From: Podarcis liolepis
Taxonomy: Eukaryota
Length of the DNA: 64,000 bases
Strand: one strand, 5' to 3'
Assembly (NCBI GenBank): GCA_965112155.1
Contig: OZ218098.1
Both the position numbers and the translations under genes were made by a program. Positions 1-25,500 of the stretch are shown piece by piece. Positions within the stretch are counted from its first letter, which is position 1. The number at the start of each line of letters is the position of its first letter. Under the pieces are notes generated by a model. That model had not been told where the DNA came from. It did no database searches and saw nothing but the letters and a program-made list of their open reading frames with translations.

Positions 1-568
1 CCTCACAACCCTTCATTCCCTCCCTTCATGGAACGCTCTCCCCAAACAGACTTGGCCACATGAATGCCTTTTCATTGCCTGGCAAAACTTTTATCTTTCC
101 CCAGACATTTCATTCTGCTATTTTTGTGGACTTTTCCTGGCTAGTTAATTTTAATAGTGATCATGTTTAGACATTTTGTGCTGTAACTTGTCTCGAGACT
201 ATTTTGTATGAAGCAGAGTCACCAACAGAATTAAGGCAATGGTGGGGAATGTTTTCCAGACCGAGGGCCACTTTCCCTTCTGGGCAACCTTCTAAGGGCC
301 ACATCTCGGTGGTGGGTGGTGCCAGGGGCAAAAGTGGGTGGAGCAGTGCAGATCGTACCTTTGTACAATAGTCTAGCTTCTACAAACACCCCCCCCCCCT
401 TTCTGTCCTCCATCTGGGCAGCCAAAGCATTATCAGAGCTTAAGGGCACATTCCAGCCAGGCAAAAACATCCAAGGAGGGTGCAAAGCGGATCCAGTATG
501 TGTGTGATACCGAGAGTGCCTGAGAGCCACGTAGAGAGGCTTGTGGGACTTCATTTGGGCTCTGCGCT

Positions 569-737
569 CAGTGGCGTAGCGTGGGTTGTCAGCACCCGGG
601 GCATGGCAAGTAATTTGTGCCCCCTAACCCGTGGATTTGCGCCCCCTAACCCGTGGATTTGCGTCCCCTAACCCTAACCCCCAGATGTTGCGCCCGGTGC
701 GGGCGGCCCCCCCTGCACCCCCCACGCTACGCCACTG
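569..737. mobile_element. Non-autonomous hAT-like MITE with internal 22-nt tandem repeat
   Basis: TIRs CAGTGGCGTAGCGTGGG / CCCACGCTACGCCACTG; 8-bp TSD tctgcgct / tctgtgct. Confidence 0.8.
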
Positions 738-794
738 TCTGTGCTACCCCTTTGGTTATGGCCTTCAAAGTGACTATTGTTTCCTGTCCTCCAG

Positions 795-15785
<14,991 letters not shown>

Positions 15786-17157
15786 CCAAGCAACGAGAAC
15801 TACTGAGCAGCTGACAGTGACAACAGCAAATCCTGCAAGGATGTGGCTTCGAAGCCAAAAAGGCAGCAGCTGCCACCTCTGCTGTTAGATTTCTGAACCT
15901 CCTCTGTATGGCATAAAGGGGGAAATGCTCAGGCACCCAAAGCACACAGATGATCCACCAAGTTAGCAGTGAAGCCATGGAGACCAAACTAGAGGAAGAC
16001 TTCAGGCTGCGTACGGTTCCCAGCATGCAGTTCTTCATGAGCAGGACCTGCACGTAGTGCTAGAGCAACTTCAGAGTATATTCTCCAAGCTACTGCCAGC
16101 ATTCCTGGGAAAGCTGTTGCTTGGTGATCCAGGTGTATTATCAGGGAATTGTGAAAGGGGTGGGGGGTGGGGGGAGGCAGGGACCAGGGCTGCCTTGCCT
16201 CACTGTTCTCCCCAGCAAAATGCCTTCCCTTGCAAAGATGAATGGAGTGTGGAGGTGGGGGGCATGCGTGAACATTTGCCAGCACTTTGTATACAACCAC
16301 AGAGGGAGAAGCCTGCAGAATGGCTGTGTGTGTGTTTTTGTAAGTTCTGATTTTGAGGTGTCCCGTTTTAATTTTCATAAACTCGAAAAAGTGTTTTCAG
16401 ATCCCTGGATCCCGTTTCTAGTTTTGCCTGCGGGGGAGAAGGATTCGAAAAGGATTAGGGTAACCCCATGACCCCCCTCCAGATGTTGGCAGACTACAAC
16501 TCCCATCATCCTTATTGGGCCAAGCTGGGAGCTTGGAGTCATGCTGACAACAACAGGTTCCCTATCTCAAAGGAGTTTTGGCTGGCAGGCAAATGGGATG
16601 GAGACCCTTCTCACTTCTGCACAACGGAGAGCACAGAGAGAAAGTGCTTCTCAAATGGGTCTGGTTTACTTGGATCCCTTGACTACAAGGACATGGAAAA
16701 ACAAGAGGGGACCTGGAGTCACGGAGACAGGGTAGAAAGGAAGAGCAGGGCACAGAAAAATAATAAGAAACGCCTCTCTATCGCCTACCCAGGCCAGGTA
16801 GCTGCTTTTCTGTTTGGTGGCTCTATGGAGGCTGCTTTCAGAAGGACCTAAATGGTTCCTACTGTAAAGCTATTCAGCTCCAGGCAGTCTTGGGTTGTGT
16901 GGGCAAGTGATGGTGGCCCTGGCCAAGACTCTGGAAATTCTGCCCCTAGATCTTTAGACAGAACTATCCATGGGCCTAGCGCTGGAGAGAGTAACAGACA
17001 CAGAGGGGAAAAGGAGCCAATCCCTAGTTCTGATCAGTTTCAGCTTTATCTTTGCAGCGTCAGACATGAGTTTGTTGCCTTACTGCTTCTAACTCCAAGA
17101 AGGCACCACAACAAGTTAAAACAGCAACTGAAGGAGGAAGCCAAGAACAGTGGCCCT

Positions 17158-17163
17158 TTTATT
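17158..17163 (-). promoter_or_regulatory. Probable polyadenylation signal (AATAAA) of the novel gene
   Basis: TTTATT on + strand about 540 nt downstream of the TGA, followed by U/GU-rich sequence on the - strand. Confidence 0.55.
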
Positions 17164-17702
17164 GAAGGGGCTGGTTGTTTTACAGCACATTCCCCATTCC
17201 CACAATCTCTCTCAGCAGAGGGTGCTTTAGGGTTTACATGCAAGAGTTCTTCAACTTTAGCTCCCAAGTGAAAGAGGGGGGGGGAGGAAACTGCCATATT
17301 TCGGGGGGGGGGGTTGTACAGCACAGTGTCTGCATTAGGGGAGCTGCTGTTCCCCACTTGCTCTTCCCATATTTCTGTGGTGCTCTGACTTACTAGTCTA
17401 GCAATGATTGTCACCCTACTGCTTCCGTCCGCATGCTTGGCCATATCTGAAGATGCCAGAATAGGCTTGGCTATATATATATTTATATATGTGTGTGTGT
17501 ACCTGGCTTCTTTTAGCTCTGGCTGCCGGAAGCGGCTTTTGAGGGTCCTGTGCGGCAGTTTGCACAGCAACAATCCTGTCTGTTAGCTGTCGCTAACGCC
17601 ACCCATGTCCTCCGAAGCCAAGAAGAACCTCATGGGGGGTGGGGGAAGGGTCAGTGGGGCTCCAGTCTTGAGGAAAGTCCCAAGGCAGCACCCCGCTGAG
17701 GC

Positions 17703-17900
17703 TCAGTCGTCGTCCTGTTGCAGCTGCTGGTGCCTACTCTGGTACCACAACATGGTAGGAAGGTTCTGGCAGCCTTGGTAGCGGCGCTGGCGCTCCTCTT
17801 CCCCCAGGGGTGGCACAGAGTGGCAGGGCGCCCCTGCCAATGAGACGTTGAGCAGCTGGGCTGGGGTGCCCGAGCCAAAGACTGCAGACCATGGACCCAC
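17703..17900 (-). CDS. Novel gene exon 7, terminal (VGPWSAVF...LAGAPC...YQGCQNLPTMLWY...DDD*)
   Basis: gcag acceptor; TGA at 17705-17703. Confidence 0.83.
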   Translation of the reverse strand: MGPWSAVFGSGTPAQLLNVSLAGAPCHSVPPLGEEERQRRYQGCQNLPTMLWYQSRHQQLQQDDD

Positions 17901-20900
17901 CTGCAAGGAACGAGAGAGATTGCTTCACTTAAGGTTGCCCTGGGCCACAACTCAATCCGTCGTCAGCATTAATGCTGATATAGCACTTCCAAAGCATCAG
18001 TGTTTCAGGTACATTATCTCAGTATCTTATACAATCGGCCTGTAAGGATGGCCAGGAAAGCAAACTGAATTAAGCCTGCCTGGCTGGCTTCCACATGCTC
18101 TAAAAATGGTAAGTTTCAGTGACTTCCTTTATTTGTTGCATCCAACCCTGTGCCATCACTTGGAATTAACCAATTTAGCCTGGATCCATTGCACTTGATT
18201 AAAAAAAATCAGTTCAAACTACCTTGAATGTACACACCTTTTTTCCTTTTAATGGCAATGGTCTGTTTTTGAGCAGTAAAACTAATTGGGATGTAACAAA
18301 ACACACATTTTTCTTTCCAAAGGTGCCATATTGCACATCAAAAGACTCCTTTAGTCCAAGCTACCTTCCACAAACTTCAGATGTCATTCTCTAATTGTCA
18401 TCCCAGATGGCCTGTGTGTCAGTTACATGAGCAAAGGTTGGCTCTGGCCATTTGCCAAGTTCTAGTTTTCAGCATTGCTGCCTCTACACCTAAGCATTTA
18501 TTTCTCAGTCTGCCGTGCTGCCCAATTGATTCCCAACTCTTTCCCTACACACAGAGGAGAAACCAAACTGGTTGCAAGATGGTGCATAAGATGACTTGGC
18601 CTTACCAGGAGCCTTGATCTGCCCTGAACTTGCTGGACAGCTCAGGCCAGTTTTCATCTATGTTAATTGGCCAAGCACCAATGTCCCTACTCCCCTCTCC
18701 CCTCCCCTGGAACTGGGAGTAGAGCCCAGGGAGTGCTGCCACCCAGTTAGTGATGCTGCCACTAGAAGCGGCCACTTTGAACTGGAGAGACACCTGTTGC
18801 TAATGCCACCTGCCAAAAACCAATTTGAGGACGGGCTTTCTAGTCACTATTTTGAGCCTCCTGGTATTATGTCCAGAACTAACATCTCTTGAGGGACCAT
18901 AAATTGATGGCAGAGCATATGCATGCAGAAGGTACCAGGTTCGAAACCCAGTGTCCCCAGTTAAAAGGACCTGACAGCAGGCAACATGAAACCTGAGAGC
19001 CACTGCCAGAGTAGACAACATTGGACAATTAGCCTGACTCCATATGTTCCTATGCTCTGCAAACACCAAGCCTTGGACTCCGAACAATCACAGCCCACCT
19101 TCCTTCCATGGCACTTACCGGCAACAAATGCTGGAGGAGGCACTGGTCGGGCTGCAGTCCGGCCCAGAACTCGGCAAAAGCCGACCCACCGCTGGCGGTA
19201 GTGGTGGCAGTGGCAGTGGTGGTGCTACGTATGAGCACCACATTGGGATGGCGCCGTGATGCCCGTAGCTTCTTCGTCAGTGGCCCCGGATAGCTCTGGT
19301 CAAGGAAGAGGAGAACCCGGCGAGCATTGCAGCTCTCCAAGTCTGCTAGCAGCTCCGAGATGGGGTACCGCTCCTTAGGATCTGCCTGTTGCAGGGAAGG
19401 GACAGCTCATCAGCACCTGCCCCTTGGTCACTGACACACATGCACACCCCTCCCCGCTCCACAGTTGGGAGATCAAGGGGATTCCACTGCCTGGGAGTTA
19501 AAAGGAGCGGATTAAATGGGGAAGAGCAAGACAGGGCGAGCACCCACTGCAAAGGCCGGTGTTGTTTTCTCCCTGCAGGCACACATGAAAGAGCTGGACG
19601 GCCCTTTGAAGGGAACAGAGGAGAGGAGAGGGCTGCAGCCTCCACCTGCAGTTCTGTCAACATCTCTCCTTCCTCCAGTCGGGCTTCCCAGGACATGCTG
19701 GGACAGGTGGGATGACCTCCTCCTCCTCCACCACCCAACTGCCAAAAGTGGCTCACTTCACTTTCCATTTCCAGCCTAGGAAACCCCAAAGGAAACTTGG
19801 CAAATGGCCAAATGCAGGCCTTTGAGAAGGGATGGTGCCGCTTTGTATGTGTGCACAAGCATCTTAGGCAGCCGCCCCACATTTCCCTGCCCCAGTTGGG
19901 TTCACTTGGCACCCCGACTTCACTGCTCCCTGCCAGCAATTGATCATGGCTTACCCCCATGTGATAAATGCATGAGTGAAAGTCTCCTTTATATCGTTAG
20001 CATTCCCATTCCCTGCTCGGCTAAGCAGGTTACATTAGCATCAATAGCCAAGATCCTTTTCGGGATGTAGCATGATGAAGTAGGATTCATTCATTTAACG
20101 AGGTGCATATACCGCTTGACTGCTGTAAAACCTCCAAGCGGTTTTACTTGTAAGTTAACCTGCTGCTGCTGCTGCTTGCTTCATTCTGCACCAACCTGTA
20201 GCTTTTCCCAACAAGCAACATTCATCAGTGCTTGGCTGACCACTGGGTAGGTGGCCTGTGGCTGTGGCTATTGTCACGGATTCAAAATTCTAACTTTTTA
20301 AAAGTGAGGAGCAATGAAGAACACCATGACGGGTTTCCTATTGGATTTCTATGGGTCAGCGTATGGCTGTCTCAATCCACCTGGAGACAATTCCTGGGCA
20401 GAGCCACAGACTCCTTGACAAAATAATATATTGAATAGCATTGCTCATGGGGACTAATTTAGACCATTTCCTCGATGTATTTCTCCCTCTGATCTCTCTC
20501 TGCCTCTGCCTAACTTACCTGGTGGGTTACTCCCCCCAATAAATTGGCAAGAGATGTGCCCCAAGAGATGATATCCCGGCTGTGAAATAAGCAGCACCAC
20601 TTTGTAACTTGTGCGGTTCTGTATTTCTTGTGCCCCCACACATTAATTCACATGTAGAGGTTGTGCACCAGAGGGGGTGGGGGTGGGAGGGAGAGAGGGA
20701 AGAGGCACATACCCTTCTCTCCTCCTACAGTGATGTCATACCTGGATCCATCATGCCACCCCACCATCCTCTGATAATACACACCCCATCCATCCTTAAG
20801 CTCTGGAGGGTTTTGGCTACACATGCAAAATTCCAGTAGGAGAGGGTTGATATCAATAGTGGAGACAGAGGATGGGATAGAACCTTCCTCCTATCATAGC

Positions 20901-22470
20901 TAAGGCCAAAGGGCTAAAAAAACTGGACCATTCCCATCATACCTCAACAATGATGATAGATCAGCTTGGCTTGGCAATTTAAAAAAAAATCCTCAAAGAA
21001 AGAAAACAGCAGCAGGTTCATTTTGTCTCCTACACCCTTTTGAAATGTGGCTCTTTTGGGGGAGGTGTTATTAGGTTATTGTACTTATTTTGATTTTATA
21101 TACTGTGATCTTTTCTGTGAACCACCCTGAGACCTCCGGGTATAGGGTGGTATATAAATTCAATCAATCAATCATTCAATCAAAAAATGGCTTGTGATGT
21201 TTCGTAAAGAGAGTACAGACACTAGGACAACCAATGTTGGCAGCTCCATGGGCAAGTGCTGCCCTGCTCCTCCTAGACAGCCTCTCCCTGGCTTCCAGCC
21301 CTGACCCCCCACTTACAATGCCATTACGGTTGGCATCCCACAGCAGCATGGTGCCATCGCTGGCTGCTGGGCTGTTGAGGTAGAGCACCAGCGAGTCGGC
21401 GCAGTGGAGGCTCCTGCAGACCAGAGCCAGGTGGGAGCGAATGGCCAGCTTCTCAGTGGCTGGGTGCACGTCGCCCATCTCCACAGTCACTGTCCGGAAA
21501 AGAAGAGGGAGAGAGGGATCTGCTAATCCCGTGCCCCAAAGGCCTGTCTCCTCCCTCCAACCCACTCTAGTCTTGTACACCAAAGCAGCAGTCCCCCCCC
21601 CCCAGACCACCCAAAAACCATTGGTCTTGACACACCACTTAATGTTTTTTTCTGCCTGTTGTACCAATTGGAATACACCATGCTAGATGCTGCCTGATTT
21701 TTCAAGCTGTATTCCGAGTCCTTCTTATATGTTGCATTTTATTGTGTTCTGTCAATTCAAACTGTAATGTAATAAAATGCAAGGAAAGAAAAACGAAGAA
21801 GCATTAAAATACAATTGAGTATTTAATGCGAACCACCTGAAAGAAGCTTGACCACAGTTTGGGAACACCTTCCCTGTGGCATCCTCATTCCTCCAACCAC
21901 CACTTGCTCCCTGCCACCACATCCTGCTCATCTGGGAAGGGGCCAGAGTTGGGAGCAGCATGGGAATATTTACTAGGCTCTCTCATTAGCCCACTCTGCA
22001 AAATGCCCCACAGGTGGTTTGGTCCATGCCGTGCAGGCCTGTAATTTTTGCAGGGACATGTAACGCAAAGGCGAGATTTCGCCAGGGCTAGATGCATTCA
22101 CACCCAGCATTTTCTCAAGTGGGATGGACAAGTAGGGGGACACTCTGAAATGCAATACACCCCCCCCCCATGCAGAACCTTGGTGGCAGGGAGAAGGAAG
22201 TGCCAGGAACAGAGTCTTGCCTCTGAAGAGCAGCTCATGGCGTCCCGACACCCCTGAGTAGGGCTGGGGGGATATACTGATACATCAACCAAAACCAGTT
22301 TCTAGGCCACATTGTGCTAAATGTTTCAAAATCAATGACCCGGCAATATATCGTGAATCACGTGTGTGTGCGCGCGCGCGCATTATGCAAAAATCACAAT
22401 TTTGGGGAAAACAGGAAACTACCCAGTGCTTCTGTGTCTCCCTGAGTTGAATGAGCAGATGCTCTTCCCT

Positions 22471-22544
<74 letters not shown>

Positions 22545-25500
22545 TGTGTGCGCACCTGCGCCTGGAAGCAGCCAGCAGAAAGCACGGTTTTGTGAAGCTA
22601 GCTGATGCTGAAATTTAAGGAAGTCCCTCCAGCTCACGTGAGCAGGAGTGGCATGGGGACTTGCTCAGCTGTAGGGCCGGGCAAAGTATATCAACTGCTT
22701 CTTTCTCCCCTCCTTATCTCCTCCTCCCTTCTTATTTTAGACATCATGATATATCAGTCTATCACAATATTTAGCTGGCGCTTTATCACAATGTTGAAAA
22801 CCAGATTATTGCCCAGCCCTACCTATGGGCACTGAAAAGTCACCCACCCCCCTAAGGAAACCAAGAGCCCCGTCCCACCCTTGCAGCCGACAGCTAGCTC
22901 TCTTTTGTACTGGTACCTGAGGCCTGCCCCTCGCTCGCGAAGAAGGCCTTGATGTGCTCTTGGCGGAAGCCGTTCCGTCGAAGCATCTGGTAGAAGAGCA
23001 GCAGGTTCTGCGCATGGTGGGGGTAGGTGACCTGCTCCTGCCAGCCACCTGGGAGAGAAGCACGGTAAGCAATCCAGGGGGGAAAACATGGTGGAAGAGA
23101 GGCTGAAGCTGGTTGCAAGGGGCATAGGAGCACTAACACTGCCCCTCAAGGAGACAAGGGGCTCATGCCCAGTAGAACAAAGCTGTAGCTCAGTAGCAGA
23201 GCATATACTTGCACACAGAAAGAGCCGGGTTCAATCCCCGGCATCTCCAGATAAGGTTGGGCATGTCCACTGTCTGAAGCCTTGGAGAGCCACTGCCAAT
23301 CAGAGTGGCCAATACTCAGCTAGGTGGACCAATGAGCTGACGCACCACAAGGCTGAGCCTTCACTCAGATTCACCCTCATCCATCCGCTGGCCAAATGCA
23401 GTGCAAGCACTGCAAGCCAAATTCACTGGCTTGCAGTGGTGTGTGGTCAGTGGACTGGGGCACTAGGCTAGTCCCCTAAATGTCCCCGCTAAATTAGAAT
23501 ATTGAAGTATTAAAGCCTGGTGCCTCCTTCCCAAAGCCCAGGAAGCTTCTGCCAGCTTAGGGATGGAGGCGCGATGCTCCGACCAGGCCCAAGAGTCCTT
23601 CCACCACCTTCCCAAAGCCCACCTGGCCTGGGAAGCTTCAGCCCAGCTTAGGGAGGGACCAGTGAAAAAAAAGACAGTCATGGAACCAAGAAATTACCGT
23701 GAAAATCCCTCAATTAAACAAGAACTCGAGTTTTGTAGCCGGCATCTCGTTAAGTTCTTGTTCAATTCCAGTTTATTTTTTGATTTTTGTTATTCTATAG
23801 TCGATTACTTCTCGTTTCAAGGATTTTCATGGTAAATTCTTTTGTTCTGTGTAACAGCTTAGGGAGGGAGGCTCGATGCTCTCTCACACACAATGTCGCC
23901 CCCTCCCTCAATCGCCCTCACAAGCTTGTGCCTCTGGCCCTAACTGTTACCCTAAGAAAAAAATCACCTCACACCACTGATGGCTTCTGATTCCCAGAAC
24001 CAGCAGCTCCCTGCAGCCCCCAGGCACCACTTCTCACCTGCAATCAGCACTGCGTGGTCACACGTCTGGTACATGCGGCAAGACTTGTACAACGGAAGCT
24101 GCTGCCGGTGGCATCGCCGCGTGTTCTTGTTGAGTTCGCAGTAAGCGGCCGTGGAGCTGGAGCTCGCAAGGGGCAGGGGCTCCGGGCAGGGGCTGTATCC
24201 ACGGAGATCTGGGAAAGAAAAGGAAGTGTAGTAGGACGGCAGGAGGGGAAAGAATCTCAGGTCCAACAGACCCAGACAGACACCTGAACTCTCATGGGGG
24301 CCCCTTCGCAACGAGGTCTGGATAACCACTGTTATCATCTTCAAAGGGGTTGTTCCACAACAGATCACCACACCTTTACAACATCTGAGCTACGGACTCT
24401 CAGACCTTGGGATTATTGAAATATAGACAACAAAAAATGAATCCACTCATATGGGGTCTAAGAGACCCATTATTTTTTTAAGCGATGGGGACGGAAGTTA
24501 CTTCTGGGGCGCTGCCAGGATTCGGGGCCCTGAAGCTCAAACTTCATTTGTTTCAAAGTAGATCCACCTCTGGACACAGGAAATAAGAAAATGATTGGTG
24601 AGTCGAGGTGCCCTAGGCCAAGGGCAAACTTGGGACAATGAAGTTCCAGTTCTATGGTGCTCCCTTCCAGCTGAGATTCCAACACCTATTGAAGACCTTT
24701 TCTGTTTCAGCAGGCACTTTAAGAAAGTTTTCTGCTTTTTTACAGTTTTAACTGATTAGTGTATCTTTTTAACCTTACTGTACACTGCTTATGGACTAAG
24801 GTGTTAAGCGGTATATAAACTGTTGAAATAAATAAATAAATAAAAAGGTGGTCACATTGTTCTCCCCCTTCCCATTTTGTCTTCACAACCAGGTAGGTTA
24901 GGCTGAGAGACAGTGACTGGCCCAAGGTCACCCTATGAGCTTCAAGGCTGAGTGGGGATTTGAACCTCAGTCTCCCAGGTCCTAACCACGCAATCTAACC
25001 ACTGCACAAGACTGTCATCTACCTGCTGCATCCCCTCTTCCTCCACTGCCCACTTACCAAGCTTTGGACTTCCTAAATCCTGAAAGTGGGGGAGTCTCCT
25101 TTGTGGTTTACAATCCTGATCCTGTAACCCCGCCCCCCTCCACCCCACTGCCCATCCAATCCAGGGACTTACCCACGCAGTTCAGCCTTTGCAGGTGCTT
25201 GGGGTCCTGTGCCACCACTACCATGGGCAAGAAATGGATCTCACAGAGACCGACGGGGGGCTCCTCGCGGCGGATACGTCCCACAGACCGCTGGCTCCTT
25301 CCCTTGCCACGGCCCGGTCGGCGCTTCAGCTGGTTCTCACAGCGGCTCCTCTGGGCTGGAATCAAGCATTCGTAGCCGCCTGCAGGCAAAGAACAAACAT
25401 GTCCAGAATAAAACCTACTGAGAAAGTTCCCTATACAGGGCTGCCTTCAGGTGTCTTCTAAAAGTCAGATTGTTGTTTATTTCCTTGACATCGTTCCACA

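Noticed and set aside
23180-23250. tRNA-like sequence
   Set aside because: No complete cloverleaf; it continues into a SINE body and has several diverged copies.
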